Part shown: positions 22,027-31,895 of the stretch, piece after piece
Numbering within the stretch: position 1 is the first letter of the stretch
Layout of the letters: each line of letters starts with the position of its first letter
Source: Spirochaetota bacterium
GTDB lineage: Bacteria > Spirochaetota > UBA4802 > UBA5550
Length of the DNA: 64,000 nucleotides
Assembly: GCA_963664815.2 (NCBI GenBank)
Contig: CAXXHB010000003.1
Location: 1,280,001 to 1,344,000, forward strand
Reading direction: 5' to 3'
Made by a program: the position numbers and the translations under genes
Notes under the pieces: generated by a model
Databases searched by the model: none
What the model saw: the letters and a program-made list of their open reading frames with translations, nothing else
What the model was told of the DNA's origin: nothing

Positions 22027-24582
22027 TCAGTTTTTATCATCTCTCTCAATAAATCTTGAAACTGTTTTGATAAGATAATCCATATTAACCGGTTTTGATA
22101 TATAGTCATCGAGCCCGGCTGCACTGATCTTTTCCCTGTCTTCAGGCATCGTGTAAGCGGTGAGGGCTATTATTGGTATGTCGGATTTATCACCGAACTC
22201 CTCCCTTTTCCTGATGCGTTTTGTAGCTTCAATTCCATCCATCTCAGGCATCTGTATATCCATGAGTATGCAGTCGGGATTCTCTTTTTTGAGAATTTTT
22301 AACGTTTCAATTCCGTTCTCTGCTTCAAGTATTCTGTAACCTGATTTTTCAAGTATCCTCTTTAATGCCAGTCTGTTTATTCTTTCATCTTCAGCAATCA
22401 GTATTGTACACATGTTGCCGCTTTTATTCAGTTTTTCATTTAATACCGGCTTAAGAATTATCGCCTGGTTTTCCGGTAATTTTACTGTTATTGAACATTC
22501 CACAAATGTGCCTTCTCCCGGATTGCTATCAATATTAATAGTCCCGTTCATCAGGTTGACAAGGTGTTTTACAAGAGTTAGTCCCAGACCCGCTCCCTGG
22601 AATGTTCTTCTGTATGAATTCTCACCCTGACGGAATGGTTCAAATATCCTGGTAAGCATATCATTTGCTATTCCAATGCCAGTGTCTTTTACTGATATAA
22701 TAATATTTACTTCTCCATATAGTGAGACATTTTCTGCTGAAATGTTGACGGATATCTCGCCATTTTTTGTAAACTTGACCGCATTTGATACAAGGTTGAC
22801 AAGAATCTGTCGTATCCTGATTTCGTCTCCTATTACTTCATCCGGGACTCCCTCTTCTATATTCAGTAATAGTTTTACCCCTTTTTCCTCACATTCATTA
22901 AAGTACCTCTCTTTAATAAAGCTGAAGATATCCCTGAGGCTGAATTGTGTTTCATTGAGAACGAGTTTATCAGATTCGACCCTGGAGAGATCGAGTATAT
23001 CATTCAGCAGTCTTGTCAGTCTCATACCAGATTTCATTGCTATGTTGACGTAATTGGCCTGTTCATCATTTACGCCGGTAGTCTGTATAAGCTGAAGCAT
23101 ACCGAGAATTCCATTCAGCGGTGTGCGGACTTCATGGCTCATATTGGCAAGAAAATCGCTCTTGATACTGTTTGCAGATTCTGCCGTTTCTTTTGCAGCC
23201 AGGATATCTTCCTCGTATTTTTTTCTTGAAGTATTGTCTTCAATAATTCCCAGGCCCCCTGTTATGCTTCCGTTTGGTAATTTTATAGGTGTGAACATCG
23301 CCCTTATGTTGGTGGATTTGGTTGATGTTACTGAGCGATATTCACCTTCAAAATAACCGGTTTCACCATTGATGACTTTTTTTATGGAGGCAGCAAGTTC
23401 TGTATCCGGGATGTTTAACATGTTAAAGCCGATAAGCCTATCCCTGGTTGAATCAAGTATTCTGGCAAGACTGTCGTTACATGTTGTTATTTCGCCATTG
23501 GGATTGAAATGCAGAATTCCCAGCGGGGCATGCTCGATTATAAGCCTGGAACGCTCCTCGCTTTCCATCAATGCTTTTTCCGAGAATTTATGCCTGGTCA
23601 ACTCTTCTGAAAGACGTATAGTTTGAGTTTTAATCTTTTTCTTTAATGTCCATGACCATATGAGTATAGCAAGATACAGCAGAATTACCGGGATAAATAT
23701 TAATGACATTATTTTTAAAACGATATGGTTAATGTAATTCTCTTCCACTATACCGAACCATTTATTATATATCGTTCCATACCTGCCGTTTATCTTAATG
23801 ATTTTCAATCCTTCATTGATACCGGAAATAAGCTGTTTATCTTTCTTTAAAGAAATATAATAGTACTTCTCAATTATAATGGGGTCACCTGCGGGAACGA
23901 CATTTTCAATACCGTATGTTTTAGTGAGGTATAAACCGAGATATTTATTTAAAATGGTGTAGGAATTATGATTAAGAGAAATGTGTGATATTGAATCAAT
24001 AAGCCTGTCTGTATATTTAATTTTTTTATCCGGGCTGTTTTTTTTAATATAGTCATCTATAAAACTTCTTTTATACGTTACAGGATTCAATCCTTCCAGA
24101 TGGTGGCTGTTAAAGTAATAAATGTCTGTGCTGTTGATAAAAACGGAGTACCTGAATTCATGGTATGGTATTGAATAGTTGTAAATTTTCAGATTTTCAT
24201 CGGTAAGAACCGCTTTCTGGACAATATCAATATTACCAGATTCCAGCTCTTTATAAATTGTCTCAATATCTCCGAGTTTTAATTCGACGTTCCAGCCCAT
24301 CTCTTCTGATATTGCTTTTGTCAGATCCACAGTGAATCCGGCAGGTGACCCGTTATTGTCGATGAATTCATATGGCGGATTGGATGAATCTCCGCCAAAG
24401 ATTACTGTCTTTTTTTTATATCCGGGAATTGCTTCTGCTGATATTGTAAAATCCGGTGTTGCAAAAAATACGATAGTCACAACTACAATAATAAAAGCGC
24501 GGAATGCTGAGATACTGCAGTAATTACAGGATCTTTTACCAGACTTTGGTGTATGTATATAAAAGTTATTCTTCAAATTCAC
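22027..24582 (-). CDS. Hybrid sensor histidine kinase (SBP family 3 - TM - PAS - HisKA - HATPase - REC)
   Basis: PPYEF solute-binding motif, FLANMSHEVRTPLNG, NLVSNAVKFT, DTGIG, GAGLGL, LMDIQMP. Confidence 0.94.
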   Translation of the reverse strand: MNLKNNFYIHTPKSGKRSCNYCSISAFRAFIIVVVTIVFFATPDFTISAEAIPGYKKKTVIFGGDSSNPPYEFIDNNGSPAGFTVDLTKAISEEMGWNVELKLGDIETIYKELESGNIDIVQKAVLTDENLKIYNYSIPYHEFRYSVFINSTDIYYFNSHHLEGLNPVTYKRSFIDDYIKKNSPDKKIKYTDRLIDSISHISLNHNSYTILNKYLGLYLTKTYGIENVVPAGDPIIIEKYYYISLKKDKQLISGINEGLKIIKINGRYGTIYNKWFGIVEENYINHIVLKIMSLIFIPVILLYLAILIWSWTLKKKIKTQTIRLSEELTRHKFSEKALMESEERSRLIIEHAPLGILHFNPNGEITTCNDSLARILDSTRDRLIGFNMLNIPDTELAASIKKVINGETGYFEGEYRSVTSTKSTNIRAMFTPIKLPNGSITGGLGIIEDNTSRKKYEEDILAAKETAESANSIKSDFLANMSHEVRTPLNGILGMLQLIQTTGVNDEQANYVNIAMKSGMRLTRLLNDILDLSRVESDKLVLNETQFSLRDIFSFIKERYFNECEEKGVKLLLNIEEGVPDEVIGDEIRIRQILVNLVSNAVKFTKNGEISVNISAENVSLYGEVNIIISVKDTGIGIANDMLTRIFEPFRQGENSYRRTFQGAGLGLTLVKHLVNLMNGTINIDSNPGEGTFVECSITVKLPENQAIILKPVLNEKLNKSGNMCTILIAEDERINRLALKRILEKSGYRILEAENGIETLKILKKENPDCILMDIQMPEMDGIEATKRIRKREEFGDKSDIPIIALTAYTMPEDREKISAAGLDDYISKPVNMDYLIKTVSRFIERDDKN

Positions 24583-24779
24583 TTATCTCTCAGGAATATA
24601 ATCTTTAAGATTAAAAACGGAATCGCCAGTTTCAGATACAATATACATGTTTTTTATTATTATTTCAATGAAATAAACTAAATCATTTTTAAAGACAGTA
24701 TAATTACGGTAGTAAGTTCGGAGGCCGGCGATTGCGGCAGCTGTATAGAAAAAGTCTAAATTGCCGGAGGATTTTTTAT

Positions 24780-25163
24780 TTACTGGTAGATTATATCTTC
24801 AATCATGTAATATTTTTCAGAACTGGAATTTTCTTTTATAACAGCTCCGATTTTATTCCCGAGAACCTGAGAACCAATCCCGGAGAATATGGATATTTTT
24901 TTGCATTTAATATCGGAATCATCCGGAAAAACAAGATGAAATTCCTCTCTTAAACCATTGCCGATATTTCTTAAGACTATTATTGAGTTTATTTTAACTA
25001 TATTATCCTTGATTTTTTGCGGGTCAACAGGTTTTGATTTAAGGATCTGCTGTTTAAGGTTGTCTAAAAGCTTTTTTTCAGATTCATCCTGAATATGATA
25101 ATTATCAAAAAGACTGAGAATCTTTTCACAATCATTTTTTGAAAATATTCTATCGCTGTTCAT
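24780..25163 (-). CDS. Rnk/GreA-GreB C-terminal family protein
   Basis: VKINSIIV, LVFPDD, ISIFSGIGSQVLG and IEDIIYQ resemble Rnk. Start placed after GGAGGA. Confidence 0.75.
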   Translation of the reverse strand: MNSDRIFSKNDCEKILSLFDNYHIQDESEKKLLDNLKQQILKSKPVDPQKIKDNIVKINSIIVLRNIGNGLREEFHLVFPDDSDIKCKKISIFSGIGSQVLGNKIGAVIKENSSSEKYYMIEDIIYQ

Positions 25164-25298
25164 CAATAGATCCTCCATAATCTTCAGATTACAGGAATAT
25201 TCCTCATTGTACAAAAGTGCCTTTAATGTATTTCAATTCCCTTACATGTGAAACAGAAACAACGTAATTTCCACTTCTTGTGCAGTTATGAATAGGCG

Positions 25299-25356
25299 AT
25301 TATAGTATATGTAAGAAATATTTGTCAAATTCTTTATATAAATATGACAAATATTT
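25299..25356 (-). promoter_or_regulatory. Promoter TTGACA-N18-TATAAT with an inverted repeat overlapping the -35
   Basis: TGTCAA at 25323-25328 and ATTATA at 25299-25304 on +; inverted repeat AAATATTTGTCA (25316-25327) / TGACAAATATTT (25345-25356). Confidence 0.6.
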
Positions 25357-25433
25357 GTATATATTCAATTATTTTCCTGATATTTATATAAATAAGCAGT
25401 ATAAGATTGAAATATCGGTGTTAATTAATGGGA

Positions 25434-27104
25434 TCATCCGCCGTCAAGATATCGTTTAATTTTTGAATTTATCGCATCGGGAATTTTTACACCAAGTGAT
25501 TTTATTCTTGTCAGATATTTGTCAAATGATGTTGAGTGGCTTGTTGTAGTCATAAGTATTTTAAAGTAGGATCTTACAGAACCTTCAACCTCTTTCCTGA
25601 ACTCTATCCTGGTATTAAGAAGGTCCTCAACAGGAGCGATTACCCTGTAGTTCACAGGCCGGCACATTGCCCTGTGTGTTACAAATCTCTGAATTATTTC
25701 ACATTCGTAATTTTCATCTTTAATACTCTTCTCGACAACGTTGAGATTGATACAGTCGATAATCTGGTATTCATACTTCCCGTGGAGGTACCGGTTGAGA
25801 AGATCAATTATCTGCCGGTAGTTTTCACATTCCAGGCATTCCCCGGAATCCTGGTTATCAATTCGCAGGTATATTATAATGTCTATATCAGAGCTGCTGC
25901 TTGAAAGACCCATGTTAAGCGATCCTACAATATCGAAAGCTATCTCTCCATGCTCATCTGTTATCTGTTCAAGAACGCTTTCCAGTTCCTGCATCCTTAT
26001 TTCTGATTCCCTGGTCTGAAACCTTCTGAAAAAATTCCGTATATCGAGGAAGAGTTCTATTTCCGGAATATGGGAATATTTTTCTGTTTTCATATCATAG
26101 TTTAGTTGAAGTTTCAGGGCATTATATCTCTCCGGATCAAGTATTTTCTCGGTGTATCTGCCGTTTTTATGAAAGTAATCGGCAATGGGGTATATGTTTT
26201 TATTGGCAAACTTCTGAAACTGGATGCGGGTAATTATTTTATCTGTACTATTCATGGTAATCTCGTAGAAAAACCCCCCTTCTGCAACTTCCCCTTTTAC
26301 AGTGGTAACTTCGCCGAAATTTGATGGATTAAGAAAGAGAGTCGAGTCACTCTGAAATAATCCCCAGTCCTCATGTATATGTCCGGTCAGGCATGCCTTT
26401 ACTCTGCTGTTTTCACAGTATGTGCGAAGCGCCGGAGAACCAGACGGACCTTTCCATGAAATCCTGTCGTGGATACCATGTGCCGGCTGGTGGGATATTA
26501 TAAAGTCCGGTTTTACAGCTTTAAAGAAGAGGTACATTTCGTTGTTTTTATCGGGTATGTTTATTCCGGCCTGGTATTTGATTATATATCTTTCGGGAAT
26601 ACCTGCTGACCATATATCCGCACCTCCATATCCTGCAAATTTTATTCCATCTATTTCATGCCACTGCATATGGAGGTCCCTTTCGTGAAGCGATGTGAAT
26701 CTCAGGTTCATGTCGTAGTTTCCCGGGAGTACAAATATCGAGGAGTTGCCTTTTATCGAGAGTATGTTTTCCAGCACCTTGTATTTCTGCTGCATAACCC
26801 GCCGCGCCCTTATTGTATACTGCTGGTAATCGAAGGCCTTCTCTTTTGTTTCACTATCGGTGGAGGGGTCATCAATCAGCGTATCTACAAAATTCTCAAG
26901 TATTTCGCCTGTTCTTTCCATTTTACGTCTGAGACCATTAAAGAACGTCTGGAGTTCATGGTAGTTGATTGCGGAATCTATATTGTAAAAGGGAATATCA
27001 ATAAGATCACCGGCTATAATATACACATCAGCCACAGTTTCAAGAAGCAGCTCATAAACTCGTGTGAATGAACCGTGTATATCCGTAAGATATATTATTT
27101 TCAT
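25434..27104 (-). CDS. Calcineurin-like metallophosphoesterase fused to a C-terminal nucleotidyltransferase-like domain
   Basis: TDIH, GDL, GNYD, SHQP, GHIH phosphoesterase motifs; C-terminal IVGS...SDIDI...IIDC. Confidence 0.8.
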   Translation of the reverse strand: MKIIYLTDIHGSFTRVYELLLETVADVYIIAGDLIDIPFYNIDSAINYHELQTFFNGLRRKMERTGEILENFVDTLIDDPSTDSETKEKAFDYQQYTIRARRVMQQKYKVLENILSIKGNSSIFVLPGNYDMNLRFTSLHERDLHMQWHEIDGIKFAGYGGADIWSAGIPERYIIKYQAGINIPDKNNEMYLFFKAVKPDFIISHQPAHGIHDRISWKGPSGSPALRTYCENSRVKACLTGHIHEDWGLFQSDSTLFLNPSNFGEVTTVKGEVAEGGFFYEITMNSTDKIITRIQFQKFANKNIYPIADYFHKNGRYTEKILDPERYNALKLQLNYDMKTEKYSHIPEIELFLDIRNFFRRFQTRESEIRMQELESVLEQITDEHGEIAFDIVGSLNMGLSSSSSDIDIIIYLRIDNQDSGECLECENYRQIIDLLNRYLHGKYEYQIIDCINLNVVEKSIKDENYECEIIQRFVTHRAMCRPVNYRVIAPVEDLLNTRIEFRKEVEGSVRSYFKILMTTTSHSTSFDKYLTRIKSLGVKIPDAINSKIKRYLDGG

Positions 27105-27529
27105 TTAAGCATCTCGTTTTGTAAAGTATATTAAGAACCGTATTAAAAGACAATTCATGGTCTGGTGTTTTTCCCCCTGTCATTGATAGCTGCCCGAATG
27201 TATTTCTGTAAAAGAATCTCCTGATGTCGCGTGAAGTCATGTCAGTGCGTTCAGTATACCAGTCTGCAGACAAATGACGGGAAATCATGAAAACAACTGA
27301 CTGGCCCATCCATGAATATCAGGTGGATCGGGTATGGTTGATTTTACACAGTAGTTTTGAATGTCAATTAAAACTATATTCAGATTTATCATCGTTTCAT
27401 GATTCCTGAAACGTAAATTCAAAAAGCTGTGGGTTAAAACTATTTATCATGTAAGCCACCTCTTTTATAACAGGTGCACCAATATTCATTAATCATTTAA
27501 TTGAGTCATATATATAAACTGCTGAATAC

Positions 27530-27557
27530 AATATATAAAAAAAAGGGATTTTGTCAA
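27530..27557 (-). promoter_or_regulatory. Putative promoter TTGACA-N16-TATATT facing the phosphoesterase gene
   Basis: Read from the minus strand about 425 bp upstream of the start at 27104. Confidence 0.4.
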
Positions 27558-28270
27558 CACCGGCCTGTTGGCCACTTTGTCTGATGAAGTGGCCAACATC
27601 AGACATCTGTCAAAACTGAGATTCGGGAGTAGGAAGAACCTGTTAAAACCGCTACAATACTGTTTCAATACTGTTTAAGGCGGAGAAAAACAAGTGTCTA
27701 CAACCGTCAGTAAGGTGTTTGAGATGAATTTGAAGCGAAACTGACCTTTTTGTAAAGAGAATCGGGCTTTTGGCATGAATCTGCTATGGAATTGCATATA
27801 ATTCAGCTGGTAAATGACCTGTGATACATTCTTGTATGCTATGCTAATTCGCAGGTAATCCTGTTAATCCGGTAATCGTGTTCAGAAATATATAACAGGT
27901 TTAAGTACGGAACCGGTTTCTTAGTAGTTATCCCACCAATGTAAAAGATATGTGTAGTTATCAGCATGGTGGAAAGTTTATGAATAAACGGTTTATATAA
28001 TATAAAAATTATTGTGGACTTTTTTTATAATTACAATCTCATATAACTGTTTCCGGAGAAAAAAGATAAATAGCTGAAGGGAATCATAATCGTCCCGAAT
28101 TGAAAAAGATATTATAACATTATATCGCCGGAATCATGATATGGCTCTCAGTTTACAGTGATGAATTTGAATAACAGGCAATCCTTCGTTATCGTCACTC
28201 TATAAATGGCATAGATGTGCAGATTCAGGTAAACAGTGTTAAATAAAAAACCTTAATATGGAGAAGCTAA

Positions 28271-30055
28271 ATGGAATATTTCAGAAGACTTTATTCATTC
28301 GTAGAGGGAGTCTGGTGGTACAGACAGCTTAGAAATAAAAAAGAGATCTCTCTGGGGAGTGTTCTTGAAAAACAGGCTGCAAAATACAAAGATAAACCGC
28401 TGATACTTTTTGAAGACAGGGAAATTTCATACACACTTTTCAATGAAACTGCCAACAGGCATTCGCATCTTTTCCAGAAAAGGGGATTTATTAAAGGGGA
28501 TACTGTTGCTGTTCTTATGGACAACAGGCCGGAGTTTCTCATGGTTCACGCCGGCCTTGCGAAAATAGGTGTAGTCCCCGCTCTTGTCAACAGTAATATA
28601 AAAGGGCAGGTGCTTACTCATGCAATAAATATAGTCGAGGCAAGGGCGCTGATAGTAGGAGCCGAATATTTAGGTGAATATCTGAAAATCAGAAATGACA
28701 TTAAATTCAAAAGACCGGCCAGCGTTTTTGTTGAAACGGGAAACAGCGATATAAAACTTCCAGCCGGAGTGGAGGATCTGAATAAGCTTATTTCAGCAGA
28801 GCCTGTCTCAAATCCCTCAATTCTTCCCCCTGTGAATTCAAAGGATGTGCTCGAATATATTTATACCTCCGGCACTACGGGACTCCCGAAGGCTACCGAA
28901 TTAAAGCATCAGAAGTGGCTTCAGCTTGGTTTTGCATCCGGCGGATATTCCCTAAGATCCCTGCCGGAAGATGTAATGTATATCTGTCTTCCGCTTTACC
29001 ATAACAGTGGTATAAACATAGCATGGTCTGTATCGCTAACACACGGCGGAACTGTCGCACTAAGAAGAAAGTTTTCAGCAGGGAGCTTCTGGGATGATAT
29101 AAGAAAATATAAGGCTACGCTCTTTGTATACATAGGTGAGCTGTGCAGGTATCTGAACAATCAGCCGCTGAAGGAGAATGATTCTGACAATACGCTGAAG
29201 TATATTCTCGGCAACGGGTTAAGGGGAGATTACTGGCTGGAGTTTCAGAACAGGTTCGGTATTAAAAAAATAGTGGAGGTTTACGGCGCTACTGAAGGTG
29301 TCGGCGCAATCGGCAATGTTAAAGGGGTACCGGGGATGATAGGTAAGCTGAGCGGCGGAGGTGTGCGGATGGGGGAGGTTGTTAAATATGATATGGACAA
29401 AGAGGAGATAATACGAGACGATTCCGGTCTTGCTGTTAAATGCAAACCTGAAGAGACAGGGTTGTTCCTTGCCGCAATAAACAATACCAATCCCTTTCCC
29501 GGGTACAAGAATAACAAGAATGCAACAAATTCCAAGATCATTGAAGATGTTTTTAAAAAGGGGGATATGTACTTTATAAGCGGCGATCTTTTTAAGGTAC
29601 ACAGAAAGGGTTATGTTTCATTTGTTGACAGACTGGGAGATACTTTCAAGTGGAAGGGTGAGGTTGTTGCAACAAATGAAGTTTCAGATATACTGAGCAG
29701 GTTCGGAGCTTTTGAAGACTGCAATGTATATGGTGTTACAGTGAAAAACACTGAGGGTCGCGCGGGAATGGCCGCGCTTACTCTGCTTCCCGGCATGAAG
29801 TTTGATCTTAACGGATTCGCGTCGTATATTACCGATAACCTCGCAGTATATGCCAGGCCATACTTTATACGTATAAGAAAAGAGATAGATGCCACCGCTA
29901 GTTTTAAGCAGTTAAAATCAAACCTTCAGAACGAGGGGTTCAATCCTGTTAAAATAAAAGATCCACTGTATTTTCTTGAGCCTGGAAAGAACAGGTATAT
30001 TAAAATTACCAAGAAAGTTCATGATGATATAGAGAAGGGCCATTACAGGTTCTAA
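28271..30055 (+). CDS. Long-chain acyl-CoA synthetase, FATP/FadD6-like
   Basis: YIYTSGTTGLPKA, LPLYH, YIGELCRYL, YGATEG, SGDL, DRLGDTFKWKGE; GGAGA RBS. Confidence 0.94.
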   Translation: MEYFRRLYSFVEGVWWYRQLRNKKEISLGSVLEKQAAKYKDKPLILFEDREISYTLFNETANRHSHLFQKRGFIKGDTVAVLMDNRPEFLMVHAGLAKIGVVPALVNSNIKGQVLTHAINIVEARALIVGAEYLGEYLKIRNDIKFKRPASVFVETGNSDIKLPAGVEDLNKLISAEPVSNPSILPPVNSKDVLEYIYTSGTTGLPKATELKHQKWLQLGFASGGYSLRSLPEDVMYICLPLYHNSGINIAWSVSLTHGGTVALRRKFSAGSFWDDIRKYKATLFVYIGELCRYLNNQPLKENDSDNTLKYILGNGLRGDYWLEFQNRFGIKKIVEVYGATEGVGAIGNVKGVPGMIGKLSGGGVRMGEVVKYDMDKEEIIRDDSGLAVKCKPEETGLFLAAINNTNPFPGYKNNKNATNSKIIEDVFKKGDMYFISGDLFKVHRKGYVSFVDRLGDTFKWKGEVVATNEVSDILSRFGAFEDCNVYGVTVKNTEGRAGMAALTLLPGMKFDLNGFASYITDNLAVYARPYFIRIRKEIDATASFKQLKSNLQNEGFNPVKIKDPLYFLEPGKNRYIKITKKVHDDIEKGHYRF

Positions 30056-30247
30056 GGTTAATAATTATACTGAAACTCTGTTCACTCACGGCCGCATCAG
30101 CTGCCGGTTTCGGCTGCCACAGTTTTGAATAGTGTTTCGTTGCAGGTATCAGTTCTTCAGCAAGTCCAGTATATTTCTTGACAGAAATAAATCCGGGAAT
30201 TTGCTATTATTAATTACCGATTATAAAAGTAATCACCGGAGTTTTAA

Positions 30248-31318
30248 ATGAGAGTAAACAGGCTTAAGAAAATTCTCAGTGAAAAGCAGAGTTTTCCTTA
30301 TCTGATTACAGATCTGAATAATATTAAATACCTTACGGGATTTTCAGGTTCTAATGCATCTCTTGTCATTGATGAGAGAAAATCCTTTTTCATCTCAGAT
30401 TCAAGATATGAGGAATATGTCAAATCGATACTCTCCGGAAGTTTCAGGTTTATTCTGCAGGAGGGGAGTACGGCTGATGCTCTTAAGGATTGTTTACAGA
30501 AAATTGAAAAGAAGAAACTTTTTATAGAATCTCATAATGTAACCCTTTCACAATTTTCTGACATGAAGAAGGGACTGAAGGGTATAAAATTAATTTCCAT
30601 GGATGATGATCCTGTCAGTACTTTGAGGATGGTTAAGGATGAGGGGGAGATTAATATACTCAGGGAAGCGGCTGCAATTACAGACAGCTGTTTTTACCAT
30701 CTTCTTAAATTCATCAGACCGGGTATAACTGAGTGGGATATTGCCATTGAAATTGAAACATATTATAAAAAAAACGGGTGTACTGCCTGTTCCTTTGATT
30801 CGATAGTGGCTTCCGGTTCAGCGTCATCCATGCCTCATTATATGCCGTCTATGGATAAAAAAATCAAGGCTGGTGAAATTTTACTGATTGACATGGGATG
30901 TATGTATAAAGGTTATAATTCGGACTTGACAAGAACTGTATTTATAGGGAAAATAGATAACTCTCTTGAAAAGATATACAATATTGTACTTGAGGCTCAG
31001 GGGAAGGCCCTTAATGCGGTCAGGGCGGGTATTGAAACCTGTGAGCTTGATAATGCTGCCCGTTCGGTTATTGCGGATTATGGTTACGGAGAAAATTTCG
31101 GTCATGGCCTTGGACATGGCGTGGGGATCGAGATTCACGAAATGCCTGCCGTTAAGAAAAGCGGCAGTATAAAATTAAAAAAAAATATGGTCATTACTAT
31201 TGAACCGGGAATATATATTCCGGGAAGCGGCGGCGTAAGGATTGAAGATATGGTTCTTGTCAATTCCGGAGGTTGTGAAGTACTGACTAAATGTTCCAAA
31301 GAATTAATAGTTATTTAA
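30248..31318 (+). CDS. Xaa-Pro aminopeptidase (M24 family)
   Basis: YLTGFSG creatinase N-domain, DMG...YNSDLTRT, HGLGHGVGIEIHE, TIEPGIY, GVRIED. Confidence 0.94.
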   Translation: MRVNRLKKILSEKQSFPYLITDLNNIKYLTGFSGSNASLVIDERKSFFISDSRYEEYVKSILSGSFRFILQEGSTADALKDCLQKIEKKKLFIESHNVTLSQFSDMKKGLKGIKLISMDDDPVSTLRMVKDEGEINILREAAAITDSCFYHLLKFIRPGITEWDIAIEIETYYKKNGCTACSFDSIVASGSASSMPHYMPSMDKKIKAGEILLIDMGCMYKGYNSDLTRTVFIGKIDNSLEKIYNIVLEAQGKALNAVRAGIETCELDNAARSVIADYGYGENFGHGLGHGVGIEIHEMPAVKKSGSIKLKKNMVITIEPGIYIPGSGGVRIEDMVLVNSGGCEVLTKCSKELIVI

Positions 31319-31327
31319 GAGGTTTTT

Positions 31328-31894
31328 ATGGTTTCAGTTAATGATTTAAAAAGAGGACTTGTTGTCAAACTTGACGGGGAGCTCTATTCTGTTATTGAAT
31401 ATCAGCATGTTAAACCGGCCCGAGGTGCGGCTTTTGTAAGAGTAAAGCTGAGACATGTAAAAAAGGGGTCCGTTATAGACAGGACATTCAGGGGCGGTGA
31501 AAAAGTTGAAGATGTAAAACTTGTAAAAAGGCCTATGCAGTATCTTTATGAAGAGGGTGATTCTCTTGTGTTTATGGATACGGAATCATACGAGCAGGAT
31601 TCAATTCCGAAAAAAGCGATAGGTGATGCTCTGCAGTTTATGAAAGAAGAGGACATCGTTGATATAGCCATGTATGAAGGTGAGCCTGTGACAGTTGAGC
31701 CTCCGCAGTTTGTTGTTCTTAAAGTGACTTATGCCGAACCGGGACTTAAAGGAGATACTGCTACTAATGTGCTTAAACCTGTAAAGGTTGAAACAGGCGC
31801 GGAGGTAAGGGTTCCTCTTTTTGTCAATGAAGGGGATTATATCAAGATCAATACTCAGACCCGTGAGTATGTGGAAAGGACAAAACAGCCCTGA
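31328..31894 (+). CDS. efp: Translation elongation factor P
   Basis: HVKPARGAAFVR, PGLKGDTA, ETGAEVRVPLFV; GAGG RBS; conserved peptidase-efp synteny. Confidence 0.97.
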   Translation: MVSVNDLKRGLVVKLDGELYSVIEYQHVKPARGAAFVRVKLRHVKKGSVIDRTFRGGEKVEDVKLVKRPMQYLYEEGDSLVFMDTESYEQDSIPKKAIGDALQFMKEEDIVDIAMYEGEPVTVEPPQFVVLKVTYAEPGLKGDTATNVLKPVKVETGAEVRVPLFVNEGDYIKINTQTREYVERTKQP

Positions 31895-31895
31895 T

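Noticed and set aside
27052-27309. 85-aa minus-strand ORF
   Set aside because: Overlaps the phosphoesterase start in another frame and has no recognisable motif.
27581-27620. CTGATGA resembling a hammerhead ribozyme core
   Set aside because: No GAAA and stem III/UH in the required arrangement.
27771-27785. TGGCATGAATCTGCT as a sigma54 promoter
   Set aside because: GG-to-GC spacing is 9 nt, not the required 10.
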